From Eledone cirrhosa (taxonomy: Eukaryota): DNA of 64,000 nt. Positions 14,422 through 28,105 of this stretch are shown here, piece after piece. Within the stretch, counting starts at the first letter, position 1. Every line of letters begins with the position of its first letter. Both the position numbers and the translations under genes were made by a program. Location: contig OZ024757.1 of the NCBI GenBank assembly GCA_964016885.1, positions 27,466,001-27,530,000 of the forward strand, read 5' to 3'. A model generated the notes under the pieces. It was not told where the DNA came from. It worked only from the letters and a program-made list of their open reading frames with translations, and did no database searches.

Positions 14422-15333
14422 AATATAGTGAATTGTAAATTGGTGAATTCATTAGAACGTCAGATAGTATTTGTTTCAACTCTCTCGGCTCTTTGAGTTT
14501 AAACCAACCGAGGTCAACTTTACCCTACTCCAGTACTGGAGTCAATTCTCTATACGTCTGTCTAACTTCCACCCCTCCTCTCTCTCTCTCTCTCTCTCTC
14601 GTTCCCTGGAAGAAATTGGCTGTGTTCAGACCTGGAGAGAAGATAGGCTGGTAATGGTGGTAATGGTGGTGGCGATGAAGGTGATGCTGATTATGTGATG
14701 ATGATGATGATGATGATGATGATAGTGATGATGATGGTGATGATGATGTTGATGATGATGATGATGCTATTGTAGTTATAACTGAAGAAGCTGTATATTT
14801 GCTTACTAAAATTTGGCAAGACTCAGTGATGTATTGTGCCAAAAGGTAAGAAGAATGGTTCTTGAAGAAAATGCATAGAAGTGGTGGTGGTGTTTTTGTT
14901 ATTATTAGTGTTGTTGTTGTTGTTGTTGTTGGTGGTGGTGGTAATGGTGTTGTTGTTGGTGATAGTGACAGTGGTGGCTTTAGTGGTGGTGGGTGGTGAT
15001 GGTTTTAGCGGTGGTGGGTTTATCAGTGGTGGCTAGTGGTGGTGGTTTCAGCAGTGATGGGTGGAGGTGGTTTTAGCAGTGGTGGGTGGTGCTGGTGGGT
15101 TTAGTGGTGGTGGGTAGTGGTGGTTTTAGAAGTGGTGGAAGGTGGTGGCTTTAGTAGTGGTGGGTGGTGGAGCTGGGTTTAACGGTGGTGGGTTGTGATG
15201 GGTTTAGCAGTGGTGGGTGACAATGGTGGTGGGTGGCAGTGGCTTTAACAGTGGTGGTGGTAGATATATTTACATTCAAGTTAAGGCAGTTGATTGTCTT
15301 AGTGGCATTCATACAGGGCAGACATAAACAACT

Positions 15334-15401
15334 GTCTTTTTTAGACAATCTCACTATGGTGGACTGTTTCATTCTTTATTGAGATATCATCAGCAACTGA
15401 C
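15334..15401 (-). ncRNA. Type I hammerhead ribozyme motif (GUC site)
   Basis: ttg-CTGATGA-tatctcaataaagaat-GAAA-cagtccac(cata)gtgagattg-TC^taa. Confidence 0.62.
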
Positions 15402-15639
15402 TATTTGTCTCTAGTATGACATGAAAGCACTGCTGAGGCATCAGCAGTTTATTAATCAAACTTCTTTTCATCGTGTCCACAAGAGTGTTGGCTACAATGC
15501 TTGGTTAGATGTGGTTCTGCCACATCTGAACACATTGCTGTTCTTTCTCATTAAACTCTGCCATTCCAATGCTGTGAACGGGTGTTCCAGCAGGGGCATA
15601 TCAGAAGGTGCTGCATAGTCTCTGGCTTGATGCCGCATT

Positions 15640-15995
15640 AATCGAACTCGGGCGTTCTGAAGGCGTCAGATCATCGATCATGTGTTTTCCTCTCTGATGT
15701 TGCTTCGTAGTCGAATCCTGAATCTTCCAATTCCTTTCTGACCTTTTCCACCATTCTCCTGCTGATGCTGAGGAAGTCTGAAATTTCCTTATTTGTCCTC
15801 CCGGCGCGGATTCCAAGAACTCTATGTCTCTTCCACAAATTTGGAGGTTCAAAATTATTCATAATCAATTATTCTGAAAATGAATAATGGAAATATAGTC
15901 ACTGTTTTTATGAAGATAAGAGTGACAACAGAAGTAAAAAAAATTGGCATAAAATTAGCAGTTGAAAATTGCGAACAAATATCGTCCACACCCTG
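15640..15995 (-). mobile_element. Tc1/mariner-superfamily transposon 5' fragment
   Basis: TA|CAGGGTG terminus at 15995; N-terminal HTH-like RAGRTNKEISDFLSISRRMVEKVRK. Confidence 0.65.
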
Positions 15996-16436
15996 TATAT
16001 ATATATAAATAAATCATCATTTTATGTCAGCTTTTCCTTCTTAGTTCAAGGAAAAAAACAAACAGAAGTACAAAAAATCTTCTTAGTAGTTACACGCTTT
16101 ATATGGAAAAGGGGAAAGAAAGTTTGACATGCTGGGCTTTAGCCCTTCTTCAGGAGTACAAAAATAAGACATGATCACAAGGAATATATATATATTTATA
16201 TATATATAAATCAAGATGGAATCAGTTTGAAAGTGGTTAGACCACTACTCAACAGAGTATCTCAATACTTGAAGTAGTAGAGTATGGTTATATAATAAAG
16301 GGTCGGGACATGACGGCTGAGATCTTGCCATTTCAACAGTTAGTTCCAGACACATATATATGTATATATTTACACATACATTCTATACATATGCAAGCAT
16401 GGAGAAGCCGATGTAAAAATGCTGATGATAATATAT

Positions 16437-16483
<47 letters not shown>

Positions 16484-16818
16484 GCAACTTCAAAGCTTAG
16501 TTTATTTCAATTTCTCTCTCTCTCTCCCGACCCTTTCTTTTTCTCTTTCCTCTTCTACCCCTCTTTCCTTCTCTTTCATCTTCCATCTAAATCTCTCCTC
16601 ATACTCTCTCAAACTATTCAATACTGATCAATATATATATACAGAACTCTAGTCTATGACTTTGCCTAAGTTACCTTCCTTTGATCTCAACTTCCCCAAA
16701 AGGCATTCTGGGATTCCTTACACCCTCCCATCCGCTAGTCCTCCTTACCTCACCATCCTTGACTTATATATATGTATAAATATACACACACGTATACAAC
16801 CATATATACATATATACA

Positions 16819-16885
<67 letters not shown>

Positions 16886-17742
16886 ATAGATTTATATATA
16901 CTTATACATGTATATTATATGCTCCTTTTGAAATTGTTTCAATTGCAAGCAAGATGACTAGCTGGAACGGATATAGATTTTACATATATATATACAATTT
17001 TTTTTTATACGTCTATGTGTAGACTTATATATGCATATAAATATGCAAATATATACATTTATGATGATAATACTGATAATAATAATAATTATTATTTTAT
17101 TATCAGTCTACTATTATTATTTGTTCCCTGTTAGGCATCAGAATAGTTTGTAGACTGTCCATCCATCACATTTTATAGAAGTTTTGTGGTGGTCATGGAG
17201 CAAACAAGGAGTGTAGTAATGTTTAAATGACTAACGGTTTGTAACAGGAACAATTTCCAATACTTTTTAGTCTACATCATTACCACCATCATCATCTTCA
17301 CCACCTCAGCATGACCGTGCCTTTATCATCATCGCAATGACTACATCAACCACCAGTACGGCTTCCATCTACACCACCGCAACCACTATCATCATCAACA
17401 CCAACGCCACCACCACCACCACCACCACCATTAATATCATCATCATCATCATCATCATTGTTTTCTACAAGCCATATGGGAGCCAATACCTGATAAAAAT
17501 AACATCCAAGTCTCTTTACTTCAAACTTCAAAGAAAGGACACACTGATTGATAATGTACTAAAAACATACATATATATATACACGCACACTCATATATAT
17601 ATATACATTTACACACATACACACACACACACATATATATATACATATATACAGACACACACACACATATATATATGTATGTATATATATATAATAAATA
17701 AGAGAGATGGTTTTATTCACTCAGCTTCATTTTATTATCTAA

Positions 17743-17813
17743 TTCATTATACGTATTTCAAAGATGCAAAGGTAGTTATGTAATAACTACTTTATACGTT
17801 TTCTTCAGATGAA
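17743..17813 (-). ncRNA. Type I hammerhead ribozyme motif
   Basis: ttcat-CTGAAGA-...gtagttat(tac)ataactac...-GAAA-tacgta-TA^atgaa. Confidence 0.75.
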
Positions 17814-18044
17814 TCGAGATGTGTTTTTCTATTCATATCATCATTTTCATCATCATTTCATTTTACGTCTGCTTTTTCCCTGCTTGCAAGGGTGGGATGG
17901 GAACTGATTTTGGCTTGATTTCTACAGCTGGATGCCCTTCCTAATACCAACCTCATTTACAGTGAGTGCTAGGTGCTTTTTTGCCGTGGCACTTCCACGA
18001 CCACTTTGCAGTGGAATGATATGGACCCCCCAGTCCCTATCATC

Positions 18045-18185
18045 TCATTTCTACAGCTGAGTAAACTGGAGCAATGTGAAATAAAGTGTCTTGCTCAAGG
18101 AAACAACACATCACCCGGTCTGAGAATTGAACTCACAACCTTTCGATCGCAAGGCCAATGCTCTAACCACTAAGCCATGTGCCTC
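18045..18185 (-). mobile_element. Second tRNA-derived SINE family (also at about 9340-9600, 23330-23473, 32530-32840, 43015-43110, 52560-52850)
   Basis: tRNA head ggcacatggcttagtggttagagc...gttcaattc followed by ccttgagcaagacactttat. Confidence 0.7.
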
Positions 18186-18479
18186 CATAAATATATATAC
18201 ACACACACATACGTACATGATACCCATGGCTGGAAATTTCTCCTTGACCTAAATCAGCTCAATCAAGGTTGAGCTGGGGCTAAACAACAATATCAACATC
18301 ATTTTTTTTCTTCTATCATTTTCTCTCTACATCCTATGTGTTGTCACAAGAACGAATTTGGTAATAAATTCTGTGTGCTAAGTTCCTGAGTATAATTCAT
18401 GAGAAATCTTGTCCTTGGATACAACTAGATCAGATGACTGTGTCATGCTCAAACAGAACTAATTTTGGCTTGGTTTCTG

Positions 18480-18911
18480 GAAGAGTACGGCAAAAATAGA
18501 GAGACGGCTGAACGCTTTCCACCAGCGGTTCCTGCAATAGATCCTTCGAGTGACCTGGCGCGACCGAGTGAGAAACAAGGAGATCTTGCGGAGAGCCGAG
18601 TCGTGGACGCTACAGAGAGTGGTCACTACAGAGAGTGGTCACGGAGCGTCGGTGCCGTCTGGCTGGCCGCCATATTCTGTATCTGCCAAATGAACGGCAT
18701 TCGAAAACAATGTTGAACTGGACTCCGCCTGGCAGTAAACGGAGGCGGGCTTGCCCAAGGATCACCTGGCGACGAACGTTCCAGAAGGACCTGATGGCAG
18801 TCAACATCACCTGGCACGGTCTCGAAAAAGTTGCCACTGATCGTGACCGTTGCCGAGTACTTACTGCACGATGCGCCGAATGGTGCGGAAGAATCTAAGA
18901 CTGAGACTAAG
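18480..18911 (+). mobile_element. RTE-clade LINE 3' end, GC/CpG-rich
   Basis: RRLNAFHQR..ILRVTWRDRV.N, LAGRHIL, KRRR..P..TW, DRDR; short ctaaga repeat tail. Confidence 0.8.
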
Positions 18912-19833
18912 ATATGTGTCAAGTAAGTATTGAAACAGCGAGTGAGTTTGAAATTAGAAATAGAAGCTTTCATAGGAAATTTTTTGCTGAAGAAATTTTA
19001 GCCTGATAGTGGGCTTTAGAACCCTTTAAGAAATGGAAAAAGATGTGTATTGACGTACATGGGAGTCGAACTCACAGTAGGCTAAACATTTTTTAGTCAA
19101 AATATATATGTATGTTTGTGTGCGTGCTAGCAAAAATGAGTTGTACCTGTATAGTATTCAAAAGAACTGTGTAAATACTTTAGCATTTAAATTGGCTATA
19201 TCTGATTAGAATTTTCTCACCTCTTTCTATTCAAACCAGCTGTAACTGGTCGCTCATACTGATGCCAAGGTATTGTTCTCAAAATAAATAATATTAAAAT
19301 CTCATAGATGTGAGGTAAAGCCTTCACTGTAAAAATATAATAGTATATATAGAGGAATGTAAATGCTATTGCCCATTGATCTCATGAACTGGCTGCTCTG
19401 TTGATCAAACGACAAGAACACACTTTGTGAGAAGTAAAATGCAGTCCAAAACACATAAAATATCTATTTCTACAATTCTTACACATTTATATACAAACAC
19501 AGACACGCACAAATGGACATACTCGTGCACACACAAAAACAGACATACACATGTACACACATACAAATAGATACAAAAGCTGAGGGTGTGGGGCTTATAT
19601 TTATCACCCTCAATGTATTGATACTGCCATAACTCCTCCCCTATCTCTCTCTCTAGGGCCCCAGGTTGGTAGTTTTTATTCAGTGAATTACCAATGTAAT
19701 TTGCAAACTATTTTGTTCCGTCAGCCATTTTACAAGATGTCTATTTGTTGGTATTTTTGCCTTTAATGAAACACTGAATATATTTTATTCAGCAGGGGCT
19801 GAGGTGTAGGGGTAGAAAATAATAATAATAATA

Positions 19834-20185
19834 ATGTTTTCTGATTTAGGCACAAGGCCAGCAATTTGGGGAGAACAAGAAAGTCGATTAAATCGACCCC
19901 AGTGCATTACTGGTACCTTATTTTATCGCCCCCATAAGGATGAAAGGCAAAGTTAACCTTGGTGAGATTTCAACTCAGAACATAAAGGGCCATAAGTCTG
20001 TGATGCTAAGCATGTTGTCTGACGCTCTACCGATTCTGCCAATCCACATAGAATAATAACAATAATTGTTTCTACTTTTGGCACAAGGCCAGCAATTACC
20101 CAGTACATTACTGGTACTTTATTTTATCGACCCCGTAAGGATGAAAGGCAAAGTTGACCTCGGTGGGATTTGAACTCAGATCGTA
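19834..20185 (-). mobile_element. Two tandem Meta-domain SINE copies
   Basis: Two ggatgaaaggcaaagtt cores with tails. Confidence 0.8.
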
Positions 20186-20217
20186 AAGTACCAGTAATGA
20201 TGGCAATGATGATATTT

Positions 20218-20271
<54 letters not shown>

Positions 20272-20546
20272 GCAATGACGATGTTTATAGTGGTGCTGAT
20301 AACGATGGAGAAGAAGCAATGAAGGAAAGGATGAAGAAAGACTGGAGAGGATAAAGACGGGTGGAGAGGGGGTGGGGAGGTGGTATGGAGCAGAGAAAAA
20401 GAAGAAAGAGCTAGTGAGAAGGGAAGAAAGAAATAGAAAGCTATGAGAGAGAGAGAGAGGGGGAGGGGAGGGGAGAGGGAGTGATGCGTGGAGGAGAGCT
20501 GACGTAAAATAGAAAAACAGTAAGATTGGGAAAGGTGTTAAAAAAA

Positions 20547-20612
<66 letters not shown>

Positions 20613-20759
20613 AAATGAAAGAAAAGGAGGGATATGTGGAGAATAGAACGTTTGTGGACAGAGGAAGTAGGAGAGAGAGAGGGAGAGGAAGTAGGAGAGG
20701 GGAAAGAGAGACAGAGACAAAGTGTGAGAGAAGAAAGAGAGACAGGAGAGACAGAGGGA

Positions 20760-20796
<37 letters not shown>

Positions 20797-21187
20797 GAAG
20801 AGACAGAGGGAGAGACAGAGAGTAACTGAAAGAGAGAGACAGAGAAAAGGAGAGAGAGAAGTTGAGAGGATGAAAATATGAGGACATTAGCCAAGTAACA
20901 ACATCTATAAACTTGTGACATCGATCATCGATCTTACAGCGTATATTATTGTTAGTGTATCATCTTATGTGCAGCAATGTGATTCCACCTTCATCAAAAC
21001 TACCTGCATTTAGCAACACTGACACAGTATACACAACCACCTATACATACATACTCACATACATACATACTTACATACTTACATACATACATACGCACAT
21101 ACATACATACATACTTACATACTCACATACATACTTACATACATACATACATACATACGCACATACATACATACTTACATACATACA

Positions 21188-22443
21188 TGGTGGCTGCCAA
21201 CTCGTTTTCGAGTACGGCCACTACTTTATATCCATATAGGAGAACCCCTACCGATGCAGTGAACGAGTGTGACCTCTTAGTCCAGCCAGCGACCCGAAAA
21301 CTCTGGTACAAACACTACACTTGTGACAAATATTGACACATAGTGCTGGGGCCATGGTACCCTGTGACGACAAGTGCAGAGAGATCTCCAGATATAAAGC
21401 AATGCCTGTGCCGTGAAGCTTTTATAGTGAGCAAAGGCACTGCACAAAGCCAGTCCCACTCTCTTAACCAAGATGATATTTACCAAAAAGAAGAACAAGT
21501 CAACATCATTGGATACCATCAGAGTTGCAGGTGTTATATCAGAGTTTTCCTTCTCCTAGAATTCTGCCTTGACAAAGGCTAAGGGGTCATCTCTCCCATA
21601 CATACATACATACATACTTACATACGCATATACATACATACATACATACATACATACATACTTACATACATACATACTTACATACATACTTACATACATA
21701 CATACATACATACATACTTACATACTTACATACTTACATACTCACATACATACATACATACATACTTACATACATACATACTTACATACATACTTACATA
21801 CATACTTACATACATACATACATACTTACATACATACTTACATACTTACATACATACATACGCACATACATATATGGTGGCTGCCAACTCGTTTTCGAGT
21901 ACGGCCACTATTTTATATCCATGTAGGAGAACCCCTACCGATGCGACTTGAAAACTCTGGTACAAACACTACACTTGTGACAATTATTGACACATAGTGC
22001 TGAGCCCATGGTACCACGTGACGACAAGTGCAGAGAGATCTCCAGATATAAAGCAATGCCTGTGCCGTGAAGCTTTTGTAGTGAGCAAAGGCACTGCACA
22101 AAGCCAGTCCCACTCTCTCATCCAAGATGATATTTACCAAACAGAAGAACAAGTCAACATCATTGGATACCATCAGGGTTGCAGGTGTTATATCAGAGTT
22201 TTCCATCTCCTAGAATTCTGCCTTGATAAAGGCTAAGGGGTCATCTCTCCCGGTGATTTTGGATGGCCATTGACTCTTAAGAGCTCCTTTGCCCTTTGAC
22301 AGGTTTTGTTTTTAGTCCTGCAGGATGTCCAAAGTCACCCTCCTCACCAAGAATCCTTGGTGGGGTTGCCAGTTTAGTCGCCAACGACCAGACCATGAGA
22401 CAGGTTGTACTGGGATACATATTACCAGTAGCACCAACTGGTA
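21188..22443 (-). mobile_element. Two tandem copies (21188-21597, 21876-22443) of a non-coding retroposon-like element embedded in (CATA)n
   Basis: High-identity duplication; terminal hairpin gtggc..ctcg tttt cgag..gccac next to (TATG)n; ctaggagaaggaaaactctga motif reminiscent of RTE 5' UTRs. Confidence 0.6.
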
Positions 22444-22624
22444 CATACATACATACACACACACATACATACATGCATAGTGTCCGTTTTTCTATGCTTG
22501 TATAAGTTAGATGGGCATATATATATATATTTATATATATTTAATTATATAATAAACAACACAATAGCTCTGTACTATACATAGAGCACTCATCTTTCCT
22601 TTACCTTTTCTATGGAAATACTTA

Positions 22625-22665
<41 letters not shown>

Positions 22666-22847
22666 CAATACATAAAGAGAGAAAGCCTTAAGCGATACTC
22701 CGACCAACTCCATCTCACTCAACAAACATTAGGATATACCTAAGTATTATCCCAATTTAGTGTTTGGGGTGCTAACTAATCAGTATTTCGCGGATAGCTG
22801 GTTGTATTATTTTATATGAGACATTATTAAATAAATATCTCTTTCCT

Positions 22848-22971
22848 TCCAGACGGCCGTTTCGTTATAAGATTTCTATAATTTGGGATAAATAATTTCC
22901 AGGTTATGTAGAAACTTGTATAAAATCCATAGTTTTATACACAAGTGGGCTCTTATAAACTAATCAGTGGA
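22848..22971 (-). ncRNA. Hammerhead motif with one core mismatch
   Basis: tcca-CTGATTA-gtttataaga...tcttataac-GAAA-cggccg-TC^tgga. Confidence 0.58.
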
Positions 22972-23490
22972 TGCCCAAATAATATCGATATAAGAATTAT
23001 ATCGACATTAATAGAATGGTGATGGTCTCCCTCAGATAAGATTTAAAATGGCTTCTACAAGAGTAGAACTGTTTCATTCAAAGGAAATCATCATATATAT
23101 ATATATATATATACATGCATACACACATATATATATCATCATCATCATCATTTCATTTCATTTTACGTCCGCTTTTCCCTGCTTGCAAGGGTAGGACGGG
23201 AACTGATTCTGGCTTGATTTCTACAGCTGGATGCCCTTCCTCACACCAACCTCATTTACAGTGAGTGCTGGGTGCTTTTTTGCCGTGGCACCTACACGAC
23301 CACTTTGCAGTGGAATGATAGGTCCCTATCATCTCATTTCTACAGCTGAGTAAACTGGAGCAATGTGAAATAAAGTGTCTTGCCCAAGGAAACAACACAT
23401 CACCCGGTCTGAGAGTTGAACTCACAAACTTTCGATTGCAAGGCCAATGCTCTAACCACTAAGCCATGTGCCTACATGCATACATACAAA

Positions 23491-23528
<38 letters not shown>

Positions 23529-23560
23529 TATGTCTGTATGTATACATATATATATATAGT

Positions 23561-23671
23561 AGTTATCTCCGATGATCTGGTTAAGCTAACATTGTATTTG
23601 AAATTGAGTGGCACTGCTTCAAATGTTCAGCAATTTTTAGACAACTTAATCAGTGAAACAATTGTCAGACT
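23561..23671 (+). ncRNA. Hammerhead motif with one core mismatch
   Basis: tct-CCGATGA-t-ctggttaag...cttaatcag-t-GAAA-caattg-TC^aga. Confidence 0.6.
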
Positions 23672-23946
23672 GTAAATAAATCCCTTTTTTGTACTGTTGA
23701 CCATGTTATTCTTCACTTTTTCAATTATATATATATATATAACGAAGGAAATGTGGTAAGGAACCAGGTGGACCATAACGCACCAAAGTACTCAATACTT
23801 AGGGTAGTAGAGTGGGTAATAGGAACGAATAGGACCCCGACGGCTGAGCTCAAGCCGTTTCGACGGCTAATTCTGGACAGAATTAGCGTCGAAACGGCTT
23901 GAGCTCAGCCGTCGGGTTCCTACTCGTTCCTATATATATATATATT

Positions 23947-23977
<31 letters not shown>

Positions 23978-24444
23978 TACATACAGAGGGTGTCCAAATA
24001 AATGTATAAGCTCTTCAACAGCACTCTAATAAATATTATACAATTTTGGGACACCTTGCATGTATGTGTAATATATATATATATATTATAGGGATTCTTT
24101 GCCCAACGGCTAAGCTTAACTGTTAGACAAAACACCCTATAATGATATCTTCACTCAAGTAAAGTACTAAGTTGAGGTGTTAGTGGTCTTAACTAGTAAC
24201 ATCTCTCACAAATAATGTGTGTGTGTATGTGATAATTAAGGTGTACCATGTTATGTACACTCTTAGAGAGAGAGAGGGGATGTATGTGTATCTGTGTGTA
24301 TGTATATATATCTATGTGTGTGTATATATATGTGTGTGTGTATGTGTATCTGTGTGTGTATATATGTGTGTGTGTGTAATAATTAAGGTGTACCACGTAA
24401 TGTTAAGTATACTCTAAGAGAGAGAGAGAGTGAGGGTGTGTGTA

Positions 24445-24545
<101 letters not shown>

Positions 24546-25180
24546 ATGTGTAATAATTAAGGTGTACCCCCTAATTTTATGTAGACTCTAAGAGAAAGAG
24601 AGTGTTTGTGTATGTGTATATGTGTATGTATATATGTCTCTTTGTGTATATGTGTATATGTGTGTATGTGACTGTGTGTCAACCTGTGTAATGGAACTTG
24701 TCAGTGAGACCAAGCTCACCAACGTAAGATATATTGAGACATCCTTCATATTTTTTTCTCTATATGTGTGTGTATATGTGTATATGTGTATGTGTGTGTA
24801 TCTTTTTACTATCTTCTCCCCCCTCGCTATTATCTTTCATTCTCTCTATGCTCTGCCTCCTCCCCATTTCCCCACCATCTCCTTCATCTCTTCCATACAA
24901 TCTCTTCTCACTCTCACCACCTTCTCTATCTTCTTCCTGTACACCTCCAGTGTTAATCTTATAAGCTCCCCACCCCCACTCTCTTCAATTCCACACTCTT
25001 CCTCTCCCTCTCACTCTCACTCCATCTCTCATCTTGACCCTTTCCTTTTCTGTCTTTAAGTCTCTCTCTCTCCTTTTCTCTTTTTTTCCTTCCTCTCACG
25101 ATCATCCTTTCCTTTCTTTTGTCTTTTGGTATATCTCTCTCTCTCTATATATATATAGAGAGAGAGAGAGAAGGGGGGGG

Positions 25181-25231
25181 GGCTTCCTGATGATTTCTCC
25201 AGAATGAAACAGTTCTAGTCCTGTAGAAGCC
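25181..25231 (+). ncRNA. Type I hammerhead ribozyme motif
   Basis: ggcttc-CTGATGA-tttc(tcca)gaat-GAAA-cag(ttctagtc)ctg-TA^gaagcc. Confidence 0.72.
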
Positions 25232-25319
25232 ATTTCTATATTAAATATATATATATACTCTGCTATGTATTGAGTACCTTACTTACAGTGGTTACCCCCG
25301 ATTGAACCCGGGATAAACT

Positions 25320-25351
<32 letters not shown>

Positions 25352-25352
25352 C

Positions 25353-25402
<50 letters not shown>

Positions 25403-25531
25403 ATATATATAAATATATATCAAGATAAGCAGAACAAGTAAAATTCAACCAATTTTTCAAAATAAATCAAAATTAATATACAATTAAAATTAATCAAAAT
25501 TAAAAAATATAATATAAATATTTACCTAATA

Positions 25532-25563
<32 letters not shown>

Positions 25564-25607
25564 CACAATATATTAATAAATGGGAACTATATTTATAAAA
25601 CCATATT

Positions 25608-25673
25608 TATTTTATTATATATATTTCAAGGGCAACCAAGGAAAATTATGGTGCGCTTTCATCAGATAAAATA
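25608..25673 (-). ncRNA. Type I hammerhead ribozyme motif
   Basis: Same family as 54453; differs in the distal helix II and loop. Confidence 0.78.
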
Positions 25674-25935
25674 CAGATTTGTTTTATAAATAAATATTGG
25701 CATAGCCGGGAAAAAGACAATCTTAACGGTATGAGCTTCCTGGATAGTTGAGTGCTTTATATCAGTTATAAAAATGTTTAAGCTTGTTAAATCCCAACAA
25801 ATTAAATATAACCTCTGCATATATATATGTGAAACTAATAAACCTTTGTTCGTACTGCCTCTCTGTTTTGTTCCCGTTCCATTTTTCACTATATATATAT
25901 ATATATGTATATATACATGTATATATATATATGTA

Positions 25936-25995
<60 letters not shown>

Positions 25996-26032
25996 TAATA
26001 TAAGATCAAAAGATTGTTAAAAGAGTTCCATG

Positions 26033-26103
26033 TATTTTATTATGCGCATTTCAAAAACAAATATCATCATGGGATGATATTTGCGTTCTCATCAGATAAA
26101 ATA
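26033..26103 (-). ncRNA. Type I hammerhead ribozyme motif
   Basis: tattttat-CTGATGA-gaacgcaaatatcatc(ccat)gatgatatttgttttt-GAAA-tgcgca-TA^ataaaata. Confidence 0.82.
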
Positions 26104-26168
26104 GGGAGACATGATATGAAGCTTAAAAAACACTTGCGAGCAGTGAAGTGTTAAATCAATGTGTGTGT

Positions 26169-26350
26169 GTGAAATTCTGTTACAACGAAATTCACAGGGT
26201 ATAAAAAATTCGTTGTAACGAAATATTCTTTATAACGAGATCAACCGATATAAATCGAGCTTTTGTATGTTATTACCTCGAGAATTGAAAAAAAATTTCG
26301 TTATACTGAAAAATTCGTTATAATGGTATTCGTTATAACGGAATTTTACT
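26169..26350. mobile_element. Tigger/pogo-like MITE (similar architecture at 40533-40844)
   Basis: TIRs gtgaaattctgttacaacgaa / ttcgttataacggaattttac; internal ttcgttataacg repeats. Confidence 0.6.
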
Positions 26351-26913
26351 TGTCTATCTTTCTCTCTTTACAGTTTTCTATCACCACCCCTTCTCTCTCT
26401 AACTGTCAATGCTGCTCTTTCTCTTCGTCACCACGCCACACCCAGCTTCGCTCTCGCCTTCAAGACTATTGTGAAAAAGAGCGTTAATAACAAAAGGTAG
26501 CCTTGACGTGCTAGAAATAGCAACTAAATCTCCGTTAAAGCACACCTTGCTGTTATAAGAAAAGGGGAAAGAAATATTGGATAATGCGTTCCTAGATACA
26601 TTCTCTCTCACACACACAAACATATATATATATAAGACGAGTTGGTCACGGTTGGTTTGCTTTTGATCACAGGTCTGCTCTATCAGGGCTGACCTGGGAG
26701 TGCCAAAGCAACAACTGCAGCAGTTGTAGCATCATCATCGTCATCATCATCACCATCATCAACATCGTTATACTCATGAACAACAACAACAACAATAGTA
26801 GTAAGCAACACTAGTAACTGCAACAACAGCAGCAATAACTAACATTACTACTACTACCACCACCACCACCACCACCTCCACCATCACCACCACCACCACC
26901 ACTGCTACTGCTG

Positions 26914-26965
<52 letters not shown>

Positions 26966-27241
26966 GGTTATATAACAAATAAACAATTTACCACTTCAAC
27001 CACCACCAACACCAACACCAACAACACCAACATTAACATCACCACGATTGCTCACTCGAGCTGCTAAAAATAGCAGTCAAATTCTCTCTGAAAATCACAC
27101 CCTATCGTCTTATATAAGAGCAAGGTAATGTAGTCCGACATACACCCAACAAAAAACGTGATGGTCACGATTGGAATGTACCTGGTCATCGGTTTGCTGG
27201 ATTAGAATTGACCTGGGGCTAAATACCACCACCACCATCAT

Positions 27242-27282
<41 letters not shown>

Positions 27283-27479
27283 GTATTACAGAAGCAATAA
27301 CACAAATAACATGAACAAGCAGCAATACTAATAACAGCTGCACCAGCAGCATCAACAACAACAAATACAACACCAATAACACCAGCAGCACCAGTAGTAA
27401 CAACACCACCACCGGCAGCACCAAAAACACTACCACTAGCAACACCACCACCACCACCACCAGGAACAACTACAACACC

Positions 27480-28105
27480 AACACAACCACCACCACCACC
27501 ACCACTACCACCTGCAACAACTACAACACCAGCAACACCACCACCACCACCTGTAACAACTACAACACCAGCAACACCACCACCACCACCACCTGTAACA
27601 ACTACAACACCAGCAACTACACCACCACCACCACCACCACCAACAACAACAACAACTACAAAACCACCTCCACCTGCAACAACTACACCACCACCACCAC
27701 CTGCAACAACTACACCACCACCACCACCACCTGCAACAACTACACCACCACCACCACCTGCAACAACTACACCACCACCACCACCACCACCACCTGCAAT
27801 AACTACACCACCACCACCACCACCACCTGCAACAACTACACCACCACCACCACCTGCAACAACTACACCACCACCACCACCACCACCTGCAATAACTACA
27901 CCACCACCACCACCACCACCTGCAACAACTACACCACCACCACCACCTGCAACAACTACACCACCACCACCACCACCACCTGCAATAACTACACCACCAC
28001 CACCACCACCACCTGCAACAACTACACCACCACCACCACCACCTGCAATAACTACACCACCACCACCACCACCACCTGCAACAACTACACCACCACCACC
28101 ACCAG
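27480..28105. repeat. Minisatellite (cac)n-ctgcaacaacta
   Basis: About 18 variable-length units. Confidence 0.85.
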
